A stretch of 63,780 nucleotides of DNA, filler included, from Octopus bimaculoides (GCF_001194135.2; 6 parts of 6 records of this genome joined end to end with filler, not necessarily neighbours in it); one strand, 5' to 3'; counted from the first letter of the whole stretch, positions 23,046 through 35,152 are shown. Numbers and translations: made by a program. Notes: a model not told the origin generated them from the letters alone.

Positions 23046-23695
23046 GAAAAATTGAATACTGATTATACAAAGAAGTACAAAGATTTCTCCAAGAAGTCTT
23101 TGTGTTTCTTCAGAATTGTTCTCCATCACATGAGCTACTGACATTTTTCAAAATTCAAGACATTTTTGCAAATTGTTTGTGGGTTCATGGTTGGTGGGGA
23201 TAGTTTAGTTTGATGATGTTTGGTTTTCTTCATAGGTAACCTAATTAGCCATTGAACAATGCTTAGATATTGGTGTCTAGTTTTGTGAAGTTCTATGGCA
23301 TATATGCAGTGTGTCTCATTTTCTTTGGCAGTAAAGCTGAAATTTACTGTTCTGTTGCAAGTGTTCATGTTCTTATTCATTTTCATTATAAACTTCACGA
23401 GCTGTAACAAACATTTAGCATTACATCAAACAACCAGTGAAGGCTACTGTTATATCCAGTGTTGTTGTTGTTGTTGTTGCCTGTCTGTAATGTTGACCTA
23501 TCCATAAGTTAGTCAATTAGTCAGGCTTTCTTCTCTTTCCTGGTCGACTAAAAAAAAAACTGCTTCCTCTTGTCTGACCACATCAAAGACAAACTGAAGA
23601 ACTCAATGGGTTCTTGTTTGTTTGTTTGTTCTTCCGAGCCATGACATTTGATGCAGCTGACCTTTTTATTTGGTATAGGCATACACACACACACA

Positions 23696-23732
<37 letters not shown>

Positions 23733-23800
23733 ATACATATGTATACATTTATGCACAAGTTAATCATACACTCTCACACACACACACACATACATACAAG

Positions 23801-23831
<31 letters not shown>

Positions 23832-23999
23832 TTACACACACACACACATATAGATGTACATACATATACATGCATGTTAACATCACACAATTATGCACAT
23901 TTACATGTGTGTTCTCATGCACACACACACACACATACATACATACATATGTGTTTGAATACATATGTAAATCCTTTATTCTATAAAGACAAGGGGCCT

Positions 24000-24192
24000 G
24001 AAATGTTATTGGAAGGGGCCGGTTGATTATATCGAGCCCAGTGCTCAACTGGTACTTAATTTATCAACCCAGAAAGAAATGAAAGGCAAAGTCGACCTCA
24101 GCAAGATTTGAACTCAGAACATAAAGAGCTGGAAGAAATTCCACTAAGCTCTTTGTCCGGCTTGCTAATGACTCTGCCAGCTCACTGTCCTT
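24000..24192 (-). mobile_element. SINE family B in COQ5 intron 6
   Basis: CTGGTACTTAATTTATCAACCC...GAAAGGCAAAGTCGACCTC...CTAATGACTCTGCCAGCTCAC. Confidence 0.8.
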
Positions 24193-24550
24193 CCACTGCA
24201 AGTAATATAACTGCAGAGATAAACTTCATTTGACTGTTCTGTCTAGTTTCCATGTTAAAATCGTGCACCATACCCCCCGGTCCAATATGTAAAAGAATAC
24301 ATACATATGTACACATAAACATATATATAAGCAAACATACAATTTAGAAATCAGACTGACAAGAAATTGCAGATTTCCAGGGTATGGTGACCTCAATAAA
24401 AGGTCAACTTTTGGGAGATGTCTGCATGTCTATCTGCGTAGTTACATAGAGTTTTGATGGTTTTACTGAGATTTGGTTCACATCTCTCTCTTCAACTTTC
24501 TCTCTCTCTCTTTCTTCCTCTCACTCATTCTCTCTCTCTTTCTTTTCCAG

Positions 24551-24652
24551 GAACAATTTGCATCTATGATTCGCGCGGCTGGATTCCAAATGGTGACCTA
24601 TGAAAACTTGACCTTTGGTGTGACTGCTTTACATTCAGGCTTCAAACTCTGA
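24551..24652 (+). CDS. COQ5: COQ5 exon 7 (terminal)
   Basis: CAG acceptor; [36 protein letters not shown]. The seven exons sum to 963 nt (320 aa + stop) with all phases consistent. Confidence 0.97.
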   Translation, partial: EQFASMIRAAGFQMVTYENLTFGVTALHSGFKL

Positions 24653-25329
24653 AAATTACTTTGAAATTACCAATTACCATTCTCTACACACAGACCATTG
24701 TTTAATTCTTATCCTCATTATGTGATATTTAGTTGCAGTGTCTCAAGTTCAAATCCTGCCTGTTCCACTCTACTTTTAACGCTTTCAATGGTTCATAAAC
24801 CACATTAAAAAACACAAAGGGTCAATTTAATCAACTAGCCCCTCCCCACAAATTTGTGGTTATGGGCTTATGATAGAAATTAATATTATTGGCAAAATCG
24901 TTATTTGTTTCAATTCTTTGGGGGTCTGTGTTCAAATGCTGATCTCACTGAAGTCTTGTTTTTCCTTTCATCCCTTTAGGGATTGATTACAATTAAGAAT
25001 CAGTGAAATACTGGGGTTAATGTAATCAATTAATTCTGTTTTGAGGTTTCTAAACAAGAAAACAAAAATATATAAAAATTATTAAAAAATTACATTAAAA
25101 TTTACTATTTAAATATTTTCAAAATTAATTGAAACAAAAAAATAGAGTATTTCAAGAGAAATATTGTCACAAAAGGGTTAAATGTGAACATTAAAAAAAG
25201 AAAACAAAACCAAAAACAACATTAATAAAAAATAAAAATAAGTACATGTCACTTCTGTTGTTTTTGTGTTCTTTTTATTTTTATTTATTTATTTTTAAAA
25301 TTTTAATACAAAGAAGTACAAAATTACTT

Positions 25330-25445
25330 TCTTATTTCTTTATTGCCCACAAGGGGCTAAACATAGAGGGGACAAATGAGGACAGACAAAGGATTAAGTC
25401 GATTACATCGACACTAGTGCATAACTGGTACTTAATTTATCGGCC
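25330..25445 (-). mobile_element. SINE family B 3' part
   Basis: CTTATTTCTTTATTGCCCACAAGGGGCTAAACATAGAGGGGACAAAT...CTGGTACTTAATTTATCG. Confidence 0.75.
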
Positions 25446-25649
25446 CTTCTAAAGATAGTCAATAAACATAACATCTTTTGTATCGCAGATGGAATCAACT
25501 TTGAAATGATGCCCCAGCATGGTCGCAGTTCAACGAGAGAAGCAAGTAAAAGTAGATACGACGATGAATCAATATACATAATCACACGCCAATATAAACC
25601 AATCTAAAGAAATTAATTAATTAAAAAAAAAAAAAAAAATCACAAGGGA

Positions 25650-25721
25650 TGCGTCGGCCGGGAGTCGAACCCGGATCGACTGCTTGGAAGGCAACCATGC
25701 TAACCGTTACACCACCGACGC
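25650..25721 (-). tRNA. tRNA-Gly-TCC: tRNA-Gly, anticodon TCC
   Basis: 72 nt: GCGTCGGTGGTGTAACGGTTAGCATGGTTGCCTTCCAAGCAGTCGATCCGGGTTCGACTCCCGGCCGACGCA. Perfect 7-bp acceptor stem, T-arm CCGGG/CCCGG, loop CTTCCAA. Long T-run Pol III terminator about 10 nt downstream. Confidence 0.97.
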
Positions 25722-26284
25722 CTCGCTGATAAGGTTAGTGAAATTCTCAAATACATTCTAAAGTATTTTAGGTCGCCACAATTTTCCTTTATTTTTGTTG
25801 AGTATTTTATGTTTTCTAGTTTCCTTCCATTTTGTTGTTATTTTTAATTATAAACAAGAATTACATCATTAGAAATGTTTTTTTAATATTATAATGGCGT
25901 CTTTAGTGTTTGTGGAATATTTCGTTTGGTTAATTTTAGAGGGAAACAAGGCGAGATTGTGTTAGGGAAGAGAGATAAGTGTGTGTACGTGTGTCTGAAT
26001 GAATGAGACCGTGTGTGAGTGTTTATACCTATTTACGTGAATGTGTTTGTGTATCAGAATCTGACTGTGCGTGTATGTGGATATGTGTGCGCGCGCGCGT
26101 ATCCGTATACGTATCTGTGCGTATTTGTAACGGAAAGTGTGTATGTGTCTAACGTATAAGAAAGTGTACGTGTGTGTGTGTGTATGAATAGGATTGCGTG
26201 TATGTGACTGTATAATATGCATATGTCTGTATGTGTTGTTTATGAATATGGATATATATCTTGAAATTTTTACTTGTTTCAATC

Positions 26285-26460
26285 ATTAGACTGCGGCCAT
26301 GCTGGGGCACCGTCTCGAAGAATTTTGTAGTGGAATGGATCGACGCCAGTGCTTTTACTTCCTCTTTTTTTTTTTTTTTTTAAGACAGGTACTTATTCTA
26401 TCGGTATCTTATACCGAAACGCTAAGTTACGGGGACATAAACACATCAACACCGATTTCA
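26285..26460 (-). mobile_element. SINE family A tail module
   Basis: TTACTTGTTTCAATCATTAGACTGCGGCCATGCTGGGGCACC...CTAAGTTACGGGGACATAAACAC. Confidence 0.75.
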
Positions 26461-26579
26461 ATGGTTGCTGTGCGTAACTGTAGCTTTGAACTGGTTGATC
26501 AGTCCCTCTAGTCTCTTGATTGGGCCCCCCATCTGACTACCATCTGTTCCCCAACACGAAAAAAAAAAAAAAAAAAGGA

Positions 26580-26617
26580 TCTTTCTGATTTGGCGGGCGC
26601 CCGCCAAATCAGAAAGA
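26580..26617. promoter_or_regulatory. Perfect 38-bp palindrome containing two E2F-like TTTGGCGGG sites
   Basis: TCTTTCTGATTTGGCGGGC|GCCCGCCAAATCAGAAAGA, checked base by base. The palindrome is certain; a regulatory role is inference. Confidence 0.5.
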
Positions 26618-27142
26618 CCCTAGTAATTTGACATATTACAGCAGAATATAAGATCTGTGTAGAACAAAAAAACGAAACATATGCTACATAAACGCGTGTC
26701 TATTGCTTGTATCAATAAACGCGCACATGTGACTGAAGGCCAGCTATTTAAACATATAGCAGGTATAACGAGATCCGTACAATGATAAAATATTTTTATA
26801 TGATAAATCATAAACATAAAAATTTACACCACGACATCAAAATTATTAATGTCTGCAGCGGTAACCATCAACGCTCAACGGTCGTGTCTGATTCGCTCAA
26901 ACTTGTCTTCTGATTGGCTGTCGCTAAGGCATTCTACAGTAGCTTATATCAACCCACAATGCAGTTCGCTGCCGGAACATGGTCTGTTGTTGATGCCGTT
27001 ACCAAGAGAACGTGCCTGAGGATTATAAGCCAACCTAATGATGTGTTGGCGTCGTTTTCCACTTTCGCTTGAATTTTGTTGTCGGTGCTTGTGAGATTAG
27101 CATCACTGTCACACGAACTAAAATCTCCTATCCACGTACACA

Positions 27143-27357
27143 AGTACATACGAAAAGTTCTTGGCTTTAAGAGTCTTGCGAAAGGCCTGGCTGGATACCC
27201 AACCGACCGAGTTCTTGTAAAGGGCTTAGGAAAACTGAAGGACTGCTGCAATAAGTGTGTGAATCTAAGAGGGGAATATGCTGGATAAAATCATAATTAA
27301 TTGATCCTCCTGTATATTCTTTTACCCAAAGCCAAGAACTTTTCAGTACGCCCTCGT
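27143..27357 (+). mobile_element. Mariner-type MITE / internally deleted transposon remnant
   Basis: 17-bp inverted repeat GAAAAGTTCTTGGCTTT (27152-27168) / AAAGCCAAGAACTTTTC (27328-27344). Right end ..CAGTACGCCCTCGT. Internal GLGKLKDCCNKCVNLRGEY resembles a mariner transposase C-terminus. Confidence 0.65.
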
Positions 27358-27685
27358 GTGTGTGTGTGTGTGTGTATGTATTGCTTGAACTCAGCGCGAA
27401 GCTAAATCTCTGGTGTTGTCTTGCGATTTAAGCGTCGGAAATAGAAAACAATATCTAACATGGAAAATAAAGTATCTTGTTTCATTAATGCATCTGTTCG
27501 TATGGTTGTGCGGAAATATATGAACGAATGTTCTAAATACCTATCTTGTTTTTAAAATCGTTTCAACCGTGACCATCTCGTAAGCTTATATACTTTTCTA
27601 CTCTAGGCATATATATGTATAAATGTACGTACGTATATATATATATATATATAAATTATGTATATATGTATATATACGTATATAT

Positions 27686-28125
27686 CACCATCATCATCGT
27701 TTAACGTCCGATCATGGGTTAGACTGTTTGACTGGAGCTGATCAGCTGGAGAGCTGCGTCAGGTTCCAGTTTGATTTGGTATGGTTTCTACGGCTGATAC
27801 CCTTCCTACACCAAGCACTCCAGGAGTGTAATAGGTGCTTTCACGCGCCACCGGCACGGATGCCATTCACATGCACACACACATATATATATATATATAT
27901 ATGTATACATATATGTATGTATATATACTCACATATATGTATCCACACACACACGTAAGAGCACCTACTACACTCTCGGAGTAGTTGGCGTTAGGAAGGG
28001 CATCCAGCTGTGGAAACTCTGCCAAATCAGATTGGAGCCTGGTGCATCCTTCTGGCTTGCCAATCCCCAATCAAATCGTCCAACCCATGCTAGCATGGAA
28101 AGCGGACGTTAAATGATAATGATGA
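27686..28125. mobile_element. Two SINE family D fragments in inverted orientation (27686-27865 -, 27957-28125 +)
   Basis: CATCATCGTTTAACGTCCG... on the left and ...CATGCTAGCATGGAAAGCGGACGTTAAATGAT on the right, separated by a TA/CA tract. Confidence 0.75.
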
Positions 28126-28161
28126 TATATATATATATATATATACATACACATATGTATC

Positions 28162-28201
<40 letters not shown>

Positions 28202-28781
28202 CACACACAAATATATGTATCGACACACACACACATATATAAATAAATATATATATACACGCATCTGTATCCACACCCACACAAACGTAAAAATCCTCAA
28301 ACGTTATCTCCCGTCCCTCTAAGTCCTCCACCATCATCACACTGTATCGTTTTCCCCCTTTTTACCTCCAGTGCGCATGACCAGCCAGCTCTCTTCCCCC
28401 TCTCTCTCTCTCTCTTTCATTCTCTGCATCTCTCTCTCTCTCTCACTTCTCCTTTGTTTCGTCGCCATTTTACTTTCTGCTATTTAATTTCTCTCTCACA
28501 CTTTAACATCTCCAAGCTTTTCTCTCTTAACATCTCTTCTCCTAATAAACCCCTTCAAGCAATATTATACAAATACATACATCCACACACACACACAACC
28601 AAACAGATTGCTAAACATCCATGCATATCCACGTATAATCCCCCATTTACATCCATCTGTGCTCAGCTGAAAAGCACTTTAAACTTTTCCAGACATTATT
28701 TACTTCGTCGTTTTATTAATTGAGAAACATTAATTGAATTATTTCAGAAATAATTTTTAAAGTTTTCCAAAAATAACCATT

Positions 28782-28790
28782 ATGAATTAC
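28782..28790 (+). CDS. Candidate start-codon segment (Met-Asn-Tyr) of the SRSF gene, at the 3' end of a possible exon 28693-28790
   Basis: ATG AAT TAC|GTAAGTAT is a strong phase-0 donor matching the phase-0 acceptor at 34956. Upstream acceptor TTTTCCAG| ends at 28692. No homology support. Confidence 0.3.
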
Positions 28791-29050
28791 GTAAGTATAT
28801 CACTGATCTTTTTCTTAATCTATCAACGATCCCTGTGCGTTTTGGTAATTGTTAATTATTATGATATTAACAGTCATAATGTCTGTTCGGTTGTGTGCTT
28901 CGATATAATTGCTTTCATTTTAAATACGTGAATAGTTTGCTGCAGAAGGAGACAGCATTTTCATGTATATAAATGTATATATATATGCTTATTCATTGTG
29001 TGTGTGTGTGTGCATATATACACGTGTGTATGTGTATGTATATGTATGTA

Positions 29051-29210
29051 TATATACGTATGGTTGTGTGCGTGTATGTATATGTACGTTTGTGTGCGTG
29101 TATGTGTATATATACGTATGGTTGTGTACGTGTATGTATATATACGTATGGTTGTGTACGTGTATGTATATATACGTATGGTTGTGTGCGTGTATGTATA
29201 TATACGTTTG
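29051..29210. repeat. 30-bp minisatellite (TATACGTATGGTTGTGTACGTGTATGTATA) within a TA/TG tract
   Basis: Period-30 copies start at 29111, 29141 and 29171, with a related copy at 29051. Confidence 0.85.
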
Positions 29211-29291
29211 TGTGCGCGTAAATATATATGTATGCGTGTATGGATATATATACATCTGTGTGTGTGTATATGTATATAGACGTATGTGTGC

Positions 29292-29323
<32 letters not shown>

Positions 29324-30619
29324 ATATTTATACATATATGTGTGTGTATATATATGTATCTATATGACTACATTTATAGGCGGAATTCTGGTTTCATCAC
29401 CCAAATCTGATTTGCCTTAAAATATTTCGATAATAGTCACGCATGACTGACTATGGTGTATCTTTTATTTAAAGTGAATGTGACGATTGATCGGATGCTC
29501 TTGTTGAATATAGCATCTAATTAAAAAATATATATATATTCCCTGAGGTCAGAGAAACATCGGTTAATGTAATCATTAATGCACCACGATAAAAAAAAAA
29601 GGGGGGGGGGAAATACTAACAAAAACTTCTCCAAAGCAAATTCTAAATGGGACGGTCACGAGTAGAATGCCTTTGATCAGAAGGTCGATGACCGAAGAGT
29701 TGTCGGGAAGAGGCTGACCTGGGGTTAAAGAACAAGCGATTGTTGTAATGTCACTCCCAAATGAAGAATTAAGTTTAGTCTTATTAAATACTAATTAGCA
29801 TATCTAATTAAAAGCAAACAAAAAAAAAACACTTAAACTTTATGTATAAATAATCAAAAGACTTCATAAAACCTTTGTTCCGCTCTGAGCGATCGATCAA
29901 TCAATGAAGTTCTTAAAGGCGTTCCAATTGTGACCATCCTGTTACATATATTTTTTTAACACAATACGTCAACATTATCCAATATTTCTTGAACTCTTCT
30001 CCTCTTCCAAGACAACTAGGTGTCACTTGATTTTAGAGTTTAAGGGGTCAATATAAGTATAGGTGAGCTGCTGTTTCTAGCAGGCTCATGGTTCCCTCCT
30101 TTTGGCCTACGATATATATATAAAGGCTGCTTTGTGTGTGTGATATTCAGTCACAGCGTTTTTCAGTTTCTAACTATTTAATTAATAAGAAAAATTAATA
30201 ATAATGATAATAATAATAAATAATTCTTTTCAATTTTGGCACAGAATGTTAATTATAATGGTAATAATAATAATTATAAAATAATGGTATTAATACCAAT
30301 TGCTTACGTTGATATTCCTAAATACTACATACATATATATTCTTAATATAAAATAATTTCTGAATTTAGGTTATATACAAACACACCCCGGAATAGGTAG
30401 ATAAAACATCTTGAATTCCTCCCCGATCGCCTAGTTTAATTGAATTAAGTAATTTATTTTCTCCTAGCGTTTAATAAAGTAAATCTTTCTTTATATTTCA
30501 CAAATATGTATATATATATATATATACACTCACACACATCTATATGTTATAATTATATATATAAGCGCAGCATTAATAATTAGAACGAAGTTTATATTTG
30601 AATGGCTATTGTTTTCTGG

Positions 30620-30655
<36 letters not shown>

Positions 30656-30757
30656 CACGAATTTAACTCGTCGATCTACAATTAAGCTACATATATCTTC
30701 ATTAAAGATCTTGTGTGTGTATGTATATATATATGTGTGTGTGTATATATATGTGTT

Positions 30758-30805
<48 letters not shown>

Positions 30806-31690
30806 TTTGTGTGTGTATATATACAATAGCACACTCAAAATAACCTATATTGTATACGTATATACACACACACACACACGGTAACCTACATAATTTCGGG
30901 TTATAAAACACCATGAAAAGAAGGGAAAAAATTATTTTTTCTTCATGTCTTTATGAAAATGGTTTTTTTATTTGTTTATTTTAAAAACAAAACGTATTTT
31001 AGACTTTGTATATAGTAGCGGTTATAGAAGAAGAGTAAAGAATTATAGCCCCACACCGCCTCAACAAATAATAATAATATCCGTTATGTTGGATTTGAAA
31101 CCCTATCTCCCAGTAATTATCTTCGGAAATTAAAAAAAATATATTTATATAAACAAATTTAGACCGAAATGATCGGTTCTGGATATTTTAATTTTCGCTT
31201 TCTTTGTAATGACTAAATAATTTTCGAAATTATCTCGAGAATAGAGGAAATAGACAAAGAAAGGAATATGGAAATTCCTTGGAAATGTCTTTTACTAAAA
31301 TATTTTTATGGTTTTTAAATTTTCTGGCTTAGTTGGTGGTTGTGGTGATGTTCTGAGGGAGAAGCCGTGAGCGTGTGGTGATGTGGTGATGTTCATGCCA
31401 TTCTGAAGAATAATTAGAGAATCGATGCTAGCGTTTTGTTTCTAAGGGGTTTTATAAACCAACAGTTGAGATCAGGTTCTTGGATTTTGTATCTAAACGA
31501 AATCCGAAGTATGTATGTGTGTGTGTGTTTAAACTGGAACTCGAAGTAGATAAAGCTATAAATGATTGCATTTAAATATTGTTAAAAAAAAACCCTTTAG
31601 ATAGAAAAAGTCGAAGGCTGACCGTTGGATTCAACGTAAATGTATGTGTATATGTGGGTATACATACATTAATGTCGTGTGTGTGTGTGT

Positions 31691-31722
<32 letters not shown>

Positions 31723-32185
31723 GTATGAAACGATTGTCGCGATGTAAATTAATGGTTAGTTTTGACCAAAGAAAAGTGGGAAAAGACTCCCACTTTTGGT
31801 TATTGGAATAATAAGGGATGAATAATTCGTGGGATTCATTGCTTTCCTCAAAAGCATTAACCATTTTGAACGACGTGTAGTTTCCTTAGTTGCGAAGAAG
31901 CAGCGAAATGGTGTCACGGGATCTCTCAGATTTAGTAAGACTCAGAACTCAGGAAGTTACTTGGGAGAAAAATCAAAACCTGGGTTTCTGATAACCCGAT
32001 ATTATTTATAATTTTCTTTGCTTATAAATCAGGCGGTTTGTTTGTGATGGTGGTGGAATCGAAGATCTAATTGTTGCATCGGTAAATAACTTCAAGAACC
32101 AAAGACAACATACTTTTGTTTTGGAAATGGAGGGTGGCGGGGTGAGAATTACGATTTATATATTCGCTAAATGCCAAGATTAGCA

Positions 32186-32236
<51 letters not shown>

Positions 32237-32465
32237 GGCGGCCTGCTGGCAGAATCGTTAGCACGCCGGGGGATTAAATTCTTAGCAGTATTTCGCCCAT
32301 CGCTACGTTCTGAATTTAAATCCCGCCGAGGGTTGACTTTGCCTTTCATCCTTTCGGCGGGGGGGGGGGGCATCGATAAATTAAATACCAGTTGATGTAA
32401 TCGATACATCCCCTCCCCCACCAAAATTGCTGCCCTTGTGGTGGCAAAATTTGAAACCATTATTA
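32186..32465 (+). mobile_element. (TTA)n tract followed by SINE family B with CpGs retained
   Basis: GGCGGCCTGCTGGCAGAATCGTTAGCACGCCGGG...GTTGACTTTGCCTTTCATCCTTTCGG starting at 32237. Confidence 0.8.
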
Positions 32466-33344
32466 TTATTATTATTATTGGTTTCAAATTTTGGCTCCTC
32501 AAGGCCAGCAGTGGATGTGGCTTAGTCGAAGCCATCAACTCTGGCATTCAGATTGTACATACTTTATCTCGATCGGGAAAGGATGATAGACAAAGTGGGC
32601 CTCGGTGGGCGGGGAACTCGGAACGTAAAGTTAGATTGAAATAAGTACCAGTGGAGCACTGGGGATCGAGGTGATCGACTGCCCCTCCCCTTAAAATTAC
32701 TGGTTTTCTGCCAAAATTAGAGTTATTCTCAGCGCGCACACACACACACACGATATATATATTAATAATATGGGTATAGCTGTGTAAGGAATAAATTTTA
32801 TCATCTTTTACAAGAAATTCAATAGGTGAGAATGTATGTATATATGTATGTTTCACCTCCGCCGTGTATATATATATATATGTGTGTGTGTATGTATGTG
32901 TACGTGTATATGTTAGTAGACCCTTTCCATATATATGTGAATGTACATGTGTGTATGTATACGTGTGCGTGTGTACTTATGTATACAAGTGAATATTTTG
33001 TGTTCGTGTGTAGTACCCATCTATATGTGAATATGTGCGTACGCATGCATGCATGTATATATATGTATGTCTGTGCAGCGCGCGCCCAATCTATATGTGA
33101 ACGTGTGTGCGCGCACACGTATGTATATATGTGAATGTATGTGTGCATCCGTGTATATGTGTGTGTGTGTGTGTAAGTAAACGAAGGGAGATAATTTATT
33201 ACTAACGGTTTAGGACTTTTAAGACACGGTTAAACGGAATGTGACATTTGATCGTCAAATCTTCGGTGGGGGCGGACATGGGGCGACGGCGGCCCGGAGA
33301 GTCATTCCATATTTATCTGACTGAGGATGATGATGATGTATATT

Positions 33345-33765
33345 TCACTACCACAAACCACATAGTTCCGGGTTCCGTTTCACTATATGGCACTTTAGGT
33401 TAGTTTCTTCTACTATAGCTTCGGGCCGACCAAATTCTTCTGAGTGGATTTGGTAGACGGAAACTGGAAGAAGTCCGCGGCCGCATATATATATAAGTAA
33501 ATAAATAAATAAATGGAGTTAAACGCAGATGTTATAACATCTGTGTTGCCTTGATTTTTAGTCAAATGAATCGACTTATTTTATCGATCTCTTTTGCCCA
33601 ACCTCCGAGTTACGGGGACGCAAACGCTAACATCAATTGTCAAGCAGAAATGGGTGGGACACACAGATACGCACATACATACACGATGGTCTTTCAGTTT
33701 CCGTCTACCAAATCTACTCACAAGGCTTTGGTCGGCCTGAGGCTATAGTATAAGACACTTGCTCG
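33345..33765. mobile_element. Two SINE family A fragments, 33345-33478 (+) and 33555-33765 (-)
   Basis: CCACATAGTTCCGGGTTCCG...GGAAACTGGAAGAAGTCCG, then the reverse-complement tail and body. Confidence 0.7.
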
Positions 33766-34637
33766 AAATGGCGTCTTTTATGTGCCACCCGCACAAGAGC
33801 CAGTCCAGGGGCACTGGCAACGATCTCGCTCGAAAACCCTACAAGGCCAGTCAGGCGTGCGCATGAATTTTAAACACAAAACCCTATGTGGACCCTTCAA
33901 GGCTCTTGTGGACCCTGGTTGAGAACCTCTGATTTAGAGTGACTAGGAGGACTGTTACTGAGTGCTGTTTGTATTTAATGGGAGGCGGGGTGGGGTGTAT
34001 TGTGGTGGTGTTTTCTTGATGTGCGCAGTGCTTTTTTTTTTTCTGTTAAAAGAAACAAAGTTATTCCCACCCCCCCACTGAAGGATTGTCTCGTGGTTGA
34101 TGCAGGCTTAGTGTGTGATGTGTAGGTTGTGTGTGGTTGGTGCATGGTTGGGGAATGTTAGAGAAGAATGAAGAATCGTGTTATCTGCATAAGTGTGGGC
34201 ATTGTTGGATGTCGGTAGCAAGTAGGTCATTGATGTTTCGAAGATTGTGTTTGTGTTGTGCGTGTGTGTGTGTACGAGGTGGGGAAACCAAATCCTGGGG
34301 AACATTAGAGATAATCAAAAGTGGGTCAGCAAGAAAGACCTCCATCAACTTATGCCATGGCGGTGGCAGTCAGCCAGATAGTAAACTTGTCAATGAAGAA
34401 GATAAGAGATAGGTGGAGTTTATTAGGCAGGAAGTTTTGATAAGAGATTTGCATTCCAGACATGATTGTAATTTTTGCTGAGATCTCGGGCACAACAACA
34501 TTGTTTTCACTCAATGGTGAGCAAAACAAGAGTGTAGCTCTCCACTGAATCTGGCCCTGTTGAAGCTATACCAGGGATCATTGAAGAGAAAAAAGGAATT
34601 TAAGATATTGAAGAATACCTCCATTATCTTTGAGATC

Positions 34638-34850
34638 ATCATCATCGTTTAATGTCTGCTTTCCATGCTAGCATGGGTTGGACGATTTGACTGAGGACTG
34701 GTGAGACCAGATGGCAACACCAGGCTCCAATCTGATTTGGCAGAGTTTCTACAGCTGGATGCCCTTCCTAAAGCCAACCACTCAGAGAGTGTAGTGGGTG
34801 CTTTTACGTGCCACCGGCACAAAGGCCAGTCAGGTGGTACTGGCAACAGC
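34638..34850 (-). mobile_element. SINE family D
   Basis: ATCATCATCGTTTAATGTCTGCTTTCCATGCTAGCATGGG...GGTGGTACTGGCAAC. Confidence 0.8.
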
Positions 34851-34869
34851 CTAAACTTGCTAGCCACAC

Positions 34870-34908
<39 letters not shown>

Positions 34909-34955
34909 TAATGATACATATTTAAATTTGTATATATATTTGTTTCTTTGTTTAG

Positions 34956-35152
34956 CAACAAGAATCTGGATTTGGCGGCAATTCTGTGTCTTACCGAGGA
35001 GGTGAGAACCGGATCTACGTTGGCAACCTTCCCCCTGATATTCGTGCCAGAGATATTGAAGATCTCTTCTACAAATTTGGCAGGATAACCTTTGTGGACC
35101 TGAAAACCAGGAGAGGACCACCATTTGCTTTTGTGGAATTTGAAGACCCCAG
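34956..35152 (+). CDS. SRSF1: SRSF1/SRSF9 (SF2/ASF)-family splicing factor, RRM1 N-terminal exon
   Basis: TAG acceptor; open frame [42 protein letters not shown]...[14 protein letters not shown] (RNP2/RNP1); donor AG|GTATGT, phase 2. No ATG in frame within this exon. Confidence 0.92.

Noticed and set aside
25612-25623. TAATTAATTAAT near the tRNA as a sixth linker
   Set aside because: It is not flanked by N runs; ordinary AT-rich genomic sequence.
26949-26975. CIVG on the minus strand as a DYNLL remnant (WHCIVGRNFG)
   Set aside because: Only four residues match, followed by a stop, and the flanks show no dynein light chain similarity.
31345-31410. Box C/D snoRNA-like GTGATG...CTGA
   Set aside because: Box C is non-canonical (TGATGT), there is no terminal stem, and I recognise no rRNA antisense element.
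33279-33345. GC-rich ATG (MGRRRPGE...) as SRSF first coding exon
   Set aside because: There is no credible in-phase donor before the sequence runs into a GAT tract and a SINE.
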